64,000 bases of DNA from Selaginella moellendorffii (taxonomy: Eukaryota > Plantae > Lycopodiophyta), in NCBI RefSeq assembly GCF_000143415.4, contig NW_003314334.1:513614-577613 (forward strand), written 5' to 3'. Both the position numbers and the translations under genes were made by a program. How positions within the stretch are numbered: position 1 is the stretch's first letter; each line of letters opens with the position of its first letter. Shown in pieces: positions 10,989 to 20,984 of this stretch. Under the pieces are notes generated by a model. The model was not told the origin of the DNA. It searched no databases and saw nothing but the letters and a program-made list of their open reading frames with translations.

Positions 10989-12491
10989 TTACTGGTAAAA
11001 GGTCATCTCCTTGCTGGATTTCTTCACGTTGGCTTTATACCCTTTCTCGAAGTCCTTGGCAAGAACTATGTATCGGTTCCTACGCACTGCTTGCATCCCA
11101 GCTTCCTGACAAACTGCTGATATCTGGAAAGCACAAGTTCGTGGGTTTTTTCTTGTCAAGAGTCCTAATGAGCGCTTACTTCGGCAGCCGTGATCTTGTC
11201 TGGCCTCGAAATGAAGTCCTCGAAATCAACTTCATCGCTGAGGTTCATCCTGGACGTGCAAACCTGGAAAATGAGTCGCTTCTCTCGCCTATCTGGATAG
11301 GGGAACTCGATCTTCCTGTCGAGTCTTCCAGGCCTCAGTAGAGCGGGGTCCAAAGTATCAGCACGGTTTGTAGCCATGATAACCTTCACGTTGAGACATT
11401 GATCGAATCCATCCAACTGCAGGAGAACGCTTTGAGCAAAGGTTTTTAGAAAATGGAAAGGAAAGAAAAACCTGGGTAAGAAGCTCCATTAAAATTCTCT
11501 GCACTTCCCTGTCTGCGCCAGTTTGAGAATCAAAGCGAGCAGTGGCGATGGCATCTACTTCATCGATAAAGATGATCGCTGGCGCATTTGCTTTGGCAAG
11601 GTTGAAAACATCGCGCATCATCCGTGGACCCTGCACAACGTTTCGACACGAACGTTCTCCTGTTGAGAGCTTACAAAAAATGAGTAGAAAGAACTCACCT
11701 CTCCAAGGTATTTTTGCACGAACTCTGATGCCACAACCCGGATGAAAGCAGCCGAGGTGTGATGTGCCACAGCCTTGACGAGCATGGTTTTTCCAGTTCC
11801 CGGAGCACCATACAACAAAACTCCCTTGGGTGGATCAACTCCGAGCTGCCTGTAGAGCTCGGGGTGCGTCAGCGGAAGCTCCACAGCTTCTCGAATCTCT
11901 TGCTTCTGTAACTCTAAGCCCCCAATTTCCTGCAAAACCAAAGAAAAGTTTTAGCAAATCTGGTAAAGTTTCTAGAAAAGAAAAATGATAAGCTTGAATG
12001 GAAGAAAACTAGATCAAAGGTGGTGTAAAGTTTGTCTACAGAAGAGAAGGAAAACAAAAGAAGGAACTTCGTACCGCATACGTGACCTCCGGTCTGAGAG
12101 AATCCGTGAGAATCGACACCGAAGAGTCCACCTCCAATGGAAGAACATCCACGAGAGCCAACGAGTGCCTGTTTAGACCAACCGAGCTCCCCGGCTTGAG
12201 AAGCTCTCTGTTCACAGTGCTCTGGATCCTAACATACCGCGGCGTATGCTCCCACAAGACAATCGCGTGGTCCCCGTCGATCACCTCCACCAAGTGGCCT
12301 ATGCATAGCGGCATGGATCGAAGCCTCGCTGCCTCTTCCTTCGCGAAAAGGATCTGGCGGCGCGTGAATCTCATCTCCGTCTCGGTGCACTCTAATCGGA
12401 TGTCGTGGTACCTGATTTCGTCCTCCAAGGCCTTGAGCCGGAGGTAGACCTCGCCATCGCCGGAGCTAGTCATCATATCGACGAGGGCCAT
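10989..12491 (-). CDS. RPT3: 26S proteasome AAA-ATPase subunit RPT3 (6B)-like, divergent; 5 exons
   Basis: [15 protein letters not shown], Walker [22 protein letters not shown], Walker [33 protein letters not shown], last exon [18 protein letters not shown]...KEMTFYQ* ending in an HbYX motif. Confidence 0.92.
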
Positions 12492-12498
12492 GAAATAT

Positions 12499-12507
12499 AA
12501 ACCCTAA
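12499..12507 (+). promoter_or_regulatory. Telo-box in the 71-bp RPT3/orphan bidirectional spacer
   Basis: AAACCCTAA between divergent ATGs at 12491 and 12563. Confidence 0.55.
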
Positions 12508-12562
12508 GAAAGCTCGTTTGAATAGATTGCCGCCCTTATACTTTTGTGAGAGAGAGCTAGCT

Positions 12563-13602
12563 ATGGCGGGCGGATCGAAATCGCAGAGCCGCAAGAAGAA
12601 GGTGCGATCCGGCGATGCGTCGTCTTACTCACTGGCGCCACTTCCTGGCACTCCCATTCGCGAGGTATCTCAGCTGGATTTGTGATATTTCGAGAATGCC
12701 ATGGCCGATCTCTCCCAAATCTCTAGAGTTCTCCTCCGACGGCTCGAAATCCCGGTGCTCCAGCGTCGACAGTGGCTGCTCCTCCAGCCAGCGATCAGGT
12801 ACCGGCACGATTTTCAAGCGATCTTCCCTGACGCTCATCGAGAATGATCTCTATAGGTTCCTCCTAGCGTCGCGGCATTTGCTGCTCCAACCGGCAACCA
12901 GGTATCGAAATCCCAGCTTCGCAAGAAGAGGGTGCGATCCGGCAATCCGTCGTCTTCCTCATTGCCTCCGCATCCTGGTACTCCGATTCACGAGGTATCT
13001 TTGTGATATTTCGAGAATGCCATGGGCGATCTCTCCCAAATCTCTAGAGTTCTCCTCCGACGGCTCGAAATCCCGGTACTCCAGCGTCGACAGTGGCCGT
13101 TGCTCCAGCCAGCGATCAGGTATCGGCACAATTTTCTAGCGATCTTCCATGGCGCTCATCGAGAAAGATCTCTATAGGTTCCTCCTAGCATCGCGGCATC
13201 TGCTGCTCCAACCGGCAATCAGGTATTGCTAAGATTTTTCTCGAAATTTCTCCTCCTCGACCATGGATTTCTCTTCTGGTTCATCGTAGGTGCCGGCGTC
13301 GATCGATATCGTCGACCAGGTACCATCGCAACCCGGAAAGCTCTTCTCGTGACTCCATTCTCTAGGTATCTCGACTGGCCATTGCCCGTGAGGCTGCGAT
13401 CTCCCGCGGAGAGATTCGCCAGTTGGAGATGGAGCTGGAGAAACGAACGCTGGCCGCCGTGGGGAGGCTCCAGGAGTATGACATCGCTGCGAAGAGGATG
13501 GGAAGAGCCGAGCAATCGGATGCGATTCGCAAGAGACTTCGGGAGAAAGTCCAAGTGGGCGCTAGTCCGGTTACCACTGTACGGCATGATCCTCTGTTTT
13601 AA
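12563..13602 (+). CDS. Predicted 231-aa orphan protein, 7 exons; Pro/Ala/Ser-rich repeats plus C-terminal coiled-coil-like exon
   Basis: Exons 12563-12664, 12727-12798, 12857-12994, 13048-13119, 13178-13222, 13290-13319, 13366-13602; six GT-AG introns (46-67 nt), all phase 0, giving one open frame from ATG to TAA. Confidence 0.7.
12590..13225 (+). repeat. Two-copy ~325-bp tandem duplication inside the orphan gene
   Basis: 12590-12905 aligns with 12920-13225, including introns. Confidence 0.92.
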
Positions 13603-13653
13603 GCTTCTTTCCGATGTACGGTATGACCTGTCTAGGTCTTCGTCTATTTTGAA

Positions 13654-14719
13654 ATGGAGCATTGCATGGGAGAGCTTCTCAGTGGATGCGGCGCCCATAG
13701 CTCCGACTGCTCCTACGTGCTTGTGATCCTCAACTATCGCCTGCCATCGCTGGCGGCATTGCTGTGGCAGAGAGGTTTGATCCAAATCTTTCGCGGATGG
13801 CGCGTCGCATTGTTTTCCCTTGTTCCTTACAGCTAGGTTGCGAATGTGCGCCGATGGAGGAGCTAATCGGCTCTACAACGAGCTTCCGTTGCTGCTGGGA
13901 CAGGAGGAATCGATCGTGAGAGAGAGGTGAGATGAATCGATTCGAGAGATGGATGAGATGAGATTCTCCCTTGTGTAGGTTCATACCGGATGCGATCATT
14001 GGGGATTTGGACTCCATTCTCCCGGAAGTGAGGCAGTTCTACGAATCAAGAGTATGTGGTTTCGCTCGTTTGATCTCTGGAAAGTTTGTTTCATATTTTT
14101 CTTCTCAGGGTACTGCTGTTCTAGACAAATCTCACGATCAAGACACGGTAGATCTTCACAAGTGCATCTCTTTCGTCGCCGAGACCACCGCAAGTATCAA
14201 TGTTAGAACTGTTCTAGCCGTTTTTCTTCGTTGTTTTCTTTGTTTAGCTTGTTCTTTACTGCCGCGTGTGTGTTCTTCGTAACAGATGAAGATTTTGGTG
14301 GTGGGAGCGTTGGGTGGAAGATTTGATCACGAGATGGGAAACATCAACGTACTCTTTTCTTTCAGGAGCTTCCGGATCATACTTTTCAACGATGAGAGTT
14401 TGGTCTTTCTGCTTCCCAGAGACGTTCTTCACACCATCCACGTCTCGCCCGAGCACGAAGGTCCGAATTGCGGGATCATTCCTCTCGGCAGACCCTGCAC
14501 AGCCACAACCACGGGACTCAAATGGAACTTGAGTAAAATACTTCCACCATTCTTCTCACTCTCTCTAACTTTGTTTTTCCTTCCTCTCCAGATCAAACTT
14601 CCATGGAATTTGGAGGCCTGGTTAGCACTTCCAACATGTTCGCGTCGGATAAAGTCACTGTTTCCTCGGACAGTGATCTTCTCTGGACCAGCAGCATCAA
14701 ACCGCGGAGTAGAACTTGA
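13654..14719 (+). CDS. TPK: Thiamine pyrophosphokinase
   Basis: VILNYRLP, CADGGANRLY, IIGDLDS, HDQDTVDLHK, GALGGRFDH, TTTGLKWNL, GGLVSTSN motifs across GT-AG-bounded exons. Confidence 0.93.
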
Positions 14720-14856
14720 GTAAGAACTTAGAAATTTCGTTCGTATGCTAATTCTATCGTTTGCTGTCACCGAGTTTCACATTGTTTCTTCCAGTGGTTT
14801 CTCACTTTTTTTTAAAGGCAAGCATTAGGGTATCATTCTTTCGCTCCGTCAAGGCA

Positions 14857-16561
14857 ATGCAGGCCAGCCTCTGTGCTCCAAGGTTCGTGGCGCTCGATTT
14901 TGGTGTTTGTAGCTACCATGCCAGAGCTTCTTCGACGCTCCACTTTAAATCAAGCTGGGGGCTGCTAGCAGCAATCGGCCTCAGCAAAAACACCAGATTC
15001 ATCGCTGCTAGTGCTCGCCAAGGAATTCACACGGATGGCAAGGAACCTCCGACTATGATTTCGGCACCCGAGAGACGCATTGTCGCTGGTAAGCCGAAAA
15101 AATCTATGTTTTGTCCCAGATAACTTCTCTTTCTCTCTGTGCAGTTGGAGATTTGCACGGAGATTTACGTCAGACCAAAAGAGCATTGAGAGTGGCCGGA
15201 GTTTTATCCGACGATGAACAAGATAATTGGACTGGAGGCACCACTGTTAAGTCACGCTATCTTCTCCTCTCTGAATTGTCCGGTTTGTTTGTGCAGTTGA
15301 GTTCGTTACTGATTGATATTCACGAGAATTGTCGCAGGTTCTTGTCCAAGTTGGAGATATCCTCGACCGTGGTCCTGATGAAATCGCCATACTGTCACTC
15401 CTGTGGCATCTAACCGAGCAAGCTCGTTCCAAGGGTGGGGCTGTCTTTCAGGTTTTGTTTTTGCAATACTACGATAGCTAGCTCTTTCGCTCTTTTTATT
15501 TTGTATCTTTGCATTACGGAACTTTGTAGTTTTTATATGCAGGTACATGGAAATCACGAGACAATGAACGTGAGCCATGAATTCAACGACACACCTGATT
15601 GTGGATTCGAGGACTCGCAGCATTTTGTGGACTACTGTAACGAGCGACATGACGGCCACTGGCATACGGCATTTGTGCAGTGGAGACTAGAATGGCCAGA
15701 GTGGAAGAAGAGCAGATTCGAGTCCTCAACCTGGTTACCATTTTGGAACGTTTTCAAGGTAAAGCTATGCTCAAGGTCGTCGAATCTTACTTTTGGAGAA
15801 TTGCAAAGCAGGTGAGGAAGAAGATGGATGCGAGAGTTTTGCTTTTCAGTCCGGGGGGTCCGTTAGCACTGGAGCTGTCGAGGCATGGCGTGGTTCTGAA
15901 AATCAACGACTGGCTCTTTGCTCATGGTGGCCTTCTACCTCACCACGGTATGCTCGTATAAAGTCGATCTTCAAGTAATGACTGGCATTGTTATGCAGTT
16001 GCTTACGGCCTGGAGAAAATGAACAGCGAAGTGAGTAACTGGATGAAGGGTGGAGCTTACAATGGGAAGCAACCATTCATAGCAACCAAAGGTTTCGACT
16101 CCATTGTATGGAGCAGATTGTATTCCAGGAAAACCAAAGAGATACCACAACCCAAGGTGAGCATGGAATTCGTTCACCATTATCTTTCATTTTTTTCTCT
16201 GTTTGTGTTCAGGCTTGTGCAGTGCTTCAACAAACTTTGGATGCTGTCAAGGCAAAAGGGCTGGTTATTGGACACACTCCACAGGTTAACGGAGCCAACA
16301 GGTAAAGTACTTGCCTTGCCTCGCATTTTAGATCTAAAAATCAGTTTTTTCCTTCTTTTTTTACAGTGAGTGTGATGGCAAGGTGTGGCGAATTGACGTG
16401 GGAATGTCTCGGGGTGTTCTAAACGCAACACCTCAAGTAAGAAACGAAGATATCAGTTCCTCGCAATCTTTTTTCGCTGATAAAAGCCATCGCTTCAGGT
16501 GATAGAGATTGTTGGAGACGAGGTGAAAGTTCTCTCCTGTCAAAAAGAAGATTCACACTGA
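14857..16561 (+). CDS. SLP1: Shewanella-like protein phosphatase (SLP1-type, probable plastid transit peptide)
   Basis: PPP motifs GDLHG, GDILDRG, GNHE, HGG, GHTPQ and the bacterial-like (I/L/V)DxG motif RIDVGMS; Ser/Ala-rich N-terminus; multi-exon. Confidence 0.88.
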
Positions 16562-16604
16562 AAAGAAAAACCAAATTTGATCGAGCCAAGTTTTAGAACG
16601 AAAG

Positions 16605-17598
16605 CTACTCCGAGCCAACTTTGATTTCCTGGAAAAGGTACTCAAATGGTTTCCCCTGCTGCTCAAACTCAAGCATGCTTAGAGCAACCTCGCAGCTTTG
16701 ATGAACTATAGGCTCCGGATCATCCAAGAACTTTGTGAGGAGCTCCACACAGTTTGGATCAGCTATGGAGCCCAGCGCCTCCGCGGCCTCATGTCTCACC
16801 ATGGGATGCTCGCCGGGATCACCCAAAGTTCTCTCCAAAATCTCCACTGTGGCCATGTCTTGGAGCTGGCCAAGAACATACGCTACCTCGTGCTTGAGCA
16901 AGGCGCTCTTGGATGTTTCTAGCGCCGCGGCGATGGCGTCGGTGGATTCTTTATCTCCGCGGTTGCGTAGAGCAAACAACGCAGCGTACCTCTCGTGCAT
17001 TGGAAGAGAATCGTCGAGAAGAAGCTGGCGGAGCTGGGAAGTGCTTGAATCTCCTGGAACAAAGGTTTTCATGGTGAATTCCAGGAGAAAGGAGGAAGAA
17101 AGAATGCTTGCCTGATGCTGGTAGCATTGGATCCACGGACAAGAACTTTGGTACTCGATCTTCGTTCGTGGGATTGGAATTGGAAGAACTTATCTTGATT
17201 CTGTGGAGAGCAAGCTCGCAAGTCTCCCGGACCTCCCGCGCTGGATCGCTCCGCCACACGCTCCTCAAGAGATCCACGCAGCTGGGATCGCCGATCGCTC
17301 CCATCGCCTCTGCGGCCTCGTGGCGGACGATCGGGTGCGCGCCGTCGACATCGCACAGGATTTCGCGTAGTGCGGCGATGGAGACTGGATCTTGCATCTG
17401 ACCTAGAGCGAATGCGGCCTCGTGAGCCAGGAGATTGGAGGGATCGCGCATTGCGGCGATGAGCGCTGATCGAGACGCATCGCCGTGGTGATTCCTGATG
17501 GCGAACAGCGCCCGGAAGCGCTCGGAGATCGGCTGCTTGGGATCCAGGAGACGATCGAGGAGGAATCCCACGTCTTTGACGGCGGCCACTCCCACCAT
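16605..17598 (-). CDS. DOHH: Deoxyhypusine hydroxylase; 2 exons, GC-AG intron 17054-17111
   Basis: Four HE motifs in HEAT-like repeats ([42 protein letters not shown]) and an SVDP linker; the two ORF-track frames join only through the 58-nt intron. Confidence 0.94.
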
Positions 17599-17699
17599 CG
17601 CCAAAATCTAAGAACCCTAAAGGAATATCCGCATTGCTAAGAAATATTTTGGCAAATATTTTTTAAGGACCCTAAACGAAATATTTCTAGGTTTTCGCG

Positions 17700-19094
17700 A
17701 TGAACGCGGGGGAGGGCCTGGCGATGGCGGCATCGCTGGCCCTGCTGGGATGGTCCGGGATCTGGTTCCTCAATCGCAAGCTCTACCGGGAATACGAGGA
17801 GCGGCGCGCGCTCGTCCAGATCCTGTTTGGTGCCGTGTTCGCGCTCTCTTGCAATCTCTTGCAGCTCGTCCTCTTCGAGATCGTCCCGCTGCTCTCGCCC
17901 CAGGCGCGATGGCTCAACTGGAAGCTGGATCTCTACTGCATTGTCGCGCTCCTGGTATTCGTGCTGCCCTACTACCACTGCTATCTCGTCTTTCGCAACA
18001 AGGGATCCAGGCGGGAGAGGGCTGCCATAGCCGCATTGTGCTTCTTGCTTGGATTCCTCTACGCGTTCTGGCGGATGGGCGTCCACTTCCCAATGCCATC
18101 GCCGGACAAGGGATTCTTCACGGTTGCACAGATGGTGAGCCGGGTGGGAGTGATCGGGGTCTCGGTCATGGCTGTTCTAGCCGGATTTGGAGCTGTGGAT
18201 CTCCCCTACAGCTATCTCTCGCTCTTCATCCGCGACATCCAGGACAGCGATATCGCGTCTCTGGAGCGACAGCTCATGCAAGCGCTGGAGATGGGGATCG
18301 CGAAGAAGAAGAAGAGGATTCTCCTGGCTCAATCGGAGATGAGGAGATCGCTGCTCAAGGGTGAGGCCAAATCGACGAGCTTTTTCAGCCGGGTTGTGAG
18401 GACGGTGGTGAGATCCGTGAGCGAGGACGAGCAGATCCACAACTTGGAGGTGGAGATCAATGGATTGGAGGAGCTCTCTAGGCAGCTCTTTCTCGACATT
18501 TTCGAGCTGAGGAAGGCCAAGCAAGCCGCGATCTACTCGAGAACTTGGAGGGGCCACGTCAAGAACATTTGGGGATACGCTCTTTCGCTCTACTGCGTCT
18601 ACAAGATGCTACGCTCGCTCCAAAGCATCGTCCTCCGCGACACGGGCAGCGTGGATCCGGCCACAAACGCCATCGCCATCTTTCTCCGGATCTTCCACAT
18701 CAACTTCAACGTAGCTCTCTGGTCGCAGTACGTCTCCCTCGCGTTCGTGGGGATGATGATCGCCATGTCGCTGCGTGGATTCCTCCAGAGCTTGATGAAG
18801 TTCTTCTCGATCGCCAGCAGCGGCGGCGCCAGGAACTCCTCCAGCAACGTCCTCGTCTTGTTCCTGTCCGAGATCATGGGGATGTACTTCGTCTCGTCGA
18901 TTCTTCTCATCCGGAAGAGCCTGGCCAGCGAGTACAGATCGATCATCACCGACGCGCTTGGTGGCGACATCCAGTTCAACTTCTACCATCGCTGGTTTGA
19001 TGCCATCTTCGTCGTCAGCGCGCTCCTCTCGATCCTCCTCTTCGCCGTGCAATACACTTCCAAGCAGGCCGACGACAAGCACCCAGTCGATTGA
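17700..19094 (+). CDS. GTG: GPCR-type G protein / Golgi pH regulator (GTG/GPR89 family), intronless, 464 aa
   Basis: [65 protein letters not shown] and C-terminal DKHPVD. Confidence 0.93.
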   Translation: MNAGEGLAMAASLALLGWSGIWFLNRKLYREYEERRALVQILFGAVFALSCNLLQLVLFEIVPLLSPQARWLNWKLDLYCIVALLVFVLPYYHCYLVFRNKGSRRERAAIAALCFLLGFLYAFWRMGVHFPMPSPDKGFFTVAQMVSRVGVIGVSVMAVLAGFGAVDLPYSYLSLFIRDIQDSDIASLERQLMQALEMGIAKKKKRILLAQSEMRRSLLKGEAKSTSFFSRVVRTVVRSVSEDEQIHNLEVEINGLEELSRQLFLDIFELRKAKQAAIYSRTWRGHVKNIWGYALSLYCVYKMLRSLQSIVLRDTGSVDPATNAIAIFLRIFHINFNVALWSQYVSLAFVGMMIAMSLRGFLQSLMKFFSIASSGGARNSSSNVLVLFLSEIMGMYFVSSILLIRKSLASEYRSIITDALGGDIQFNFYHRWFDAIFVVSALLSILLFAVQYTSKQADDKHPVD

Positions 19095-19457
19095 GCGCCC
19101 TCCGAGAAAAAAAAATCGGTTTTTACGCTGCTCGAGCGTGTTTCACCGGATCGATCGAGTAACTCAGGTTGTTCCTCGTGTTTTTTCCTTTCTCGGCCAC
19201 TGATCTAGCTCTGTTTTTCTTCATCTGTATAGGAGTTTTGCAAAATTTGATGGTCTGGCCACGAAGGTTTCTTCGTGTTTGTTCAAGGTTTGCATTTTAA
19301 GTAGTTTCTTTTCTCTAATGTGTTTTTTTTTCTCAGGCTTACATAGTGAAATTTCATGATTCATTCGTTTCCTCACAAAATGAACGTAAGTTCTTTTTCA
19401 TGATTCATTCCTAAATATCGATTTTTGTGTGTTTTCTTAAAATCTTCGTCTTTTTAG

Positions 19458-20309
19458 TCATGGCTGTGCCAACGTAGGAACGAACGCAATGGCTATGTCG
19501 CTTACTCCCTCCATCAAAACACTTGCCTGGCCAAACGCACCCCAGTACGATTGAATAAGTTGGTCGCTCCTCAAGGTGATACTCAATACTTTCATTGAAC
19601 ATCTTTTCACGCACAATACAAACCTGTGTTGAAGCTCTTCCGATACAAACTTGGGTGTAAGCCTCCATCCCGTAAAGGATAGCTCCCTCTCCTTTGTACG
19701 AGAAGGACGAGCTTTCCAATCCTTCGACTTGGAATGATAATCCATGACGAACTCCTCAAATACTACAGCGACATGGTAATGCCCCGATCTCTTGACCATC
19801 ATCAGGTATCTGCACGGCTCCTCCTTGACATCGATCCGGGGAAGAACTCTCCACGCATTCGTGAGTGGATTTCCAACAGCTAAAGTCATGGCCTCGCCGC
19901 CAGCCTCGTCCAGATCCTCGAGCCTCCCACAGACGAGCCCCAGCGAGCACGCCACGAAAACAAACCTGTGTCCCGCTGGACCGACGGAGAAGGAGCCATG
20001 ATCAAGCTCCCTGCCATGGTCTTTGAGGATAGTGTCCAGTGAAGTATACCAGAGCAAGCGCTGGCCAACTTGTAGCACAACCCATGGCTCTGGCTCTGGA
20101 TCTGGATCTTTGGCAGTTTTGCGAGCCACAAGCTCCTGCGAGTGTGCAAGGCGATGCCATCGCTTGCAGACGCGCCCGGCTTTAAGGATTATAGCTGCTG
20201 ACAGTATGTCGAGCACCAGATCATTGGCCAGAGCATCAAACTCTCCCATGCTCTTGAAACAGCAGACTCGTTGCCTCTTGCTGCTCGCTCTTCCTCTTGT
20301 TCCAAGCAT
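19458..20309 (-). CDS. F-box-like protein (possibly degenerate)
   Basis: FDALANDLVLDIL...GRVCKRWHRL F-box-like motif (shortened), ACSLGLVC and VGNPLTNAWRVLP typical of plant F-box/kelch-type proteins; C-terminus uncertain. Confidence 0.6.
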   Translation of the reverse strand: MLGTRGRASSKRQRVCCFKSMGEFDALANDLVLDILSAAIILKAGRVCKRWHRLAHSQELVARKTAKDPDPEPEPWVVLQVGQRLLWYTSLDTILKDHGRELDHGSFSVGPAGHRFVFVACSLGLVCGRLEDLDEAGGEAMTLAVGNPLTNAWRVLPRIDVKEEPCRYLMMVKRSGHYHVAVVFEEFVMDYHSKSKDWKARPSRTKERELSFTGWRLTPKFVSEELQHRFVLCVKRCSMKVLSITLRSDQLIQSYWGAFGQASVLMEGVSDIAIAFVPTLAQP

Positions 20310-20984
20310 CTCTTCATTCACTCCACCTTTCGACTATACCTTATGTTTTATAGTTCACATTGGAAAAAAAGTTTCTCTATCCCTCCTCTGTTTGGATCAA
20401 CGACTGTTTCCAAACACTAACACACAGCCTTGGGCGACTTAGTGCAACCAGCTTGTTCACTGGTGAGCCTTGTCTTTACGTTTTGATTGCTGCCAGTGTC
20501 GAGAAGTCGATCAGATTGGCTGGCGAAGAGTTTTTCTTCATTACATTAAAACTGGGAAATAGGTCAAAATATTGCTGGACAGTGTTTGAGCTTTGATGAC
20601 AACATTCTGACTGGGAGTTGTGTGTGTGTTCCTAATCGAAATATTCTATGTGTGAGGCATCAGAAAAAACACACGTTTGATGATTTGGGAATATGCCCAA
20701 CTTGGGCATATGCTGCAAGTACAGTGTTTCAGGAGACCGCGTTCTTCTGCGGTGCCATGTTCAAAAGCACAAAAGGCGTCTCCAGGCATTCACATCATCA
20801 CGTTTTTCGCAAAGATTGATTCAAACAAAAGCTCCTCGTAGATCATGGCGTTCCAGCTCAAATTCTCTCATAGTATAGCTTGTAGGAGCTTCGCCCGAGG
20901 TTTTGTGGAGGTGGATCCGGGAGCGACGCGATGGCGCTAGAGGTCTGACGCAGGTCTAAGGGGGTTTACAGGGTTTTAGCAGCG

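Noticed and set aside
13654-14860. TPP riboswitch associated with TPK
   Set aside because: No CTGAGA-containing aptamer fold was seen; plant TPP riboswitches are known from THIC/THI1, not TPK.
17637-19203. Many overlapping alternative-frame ORFs over GTG (likewise over the BRD and PPR genes)
   Set aside because: Expected shadows of GC-rich or trinucleotide-repeat coding sequence.
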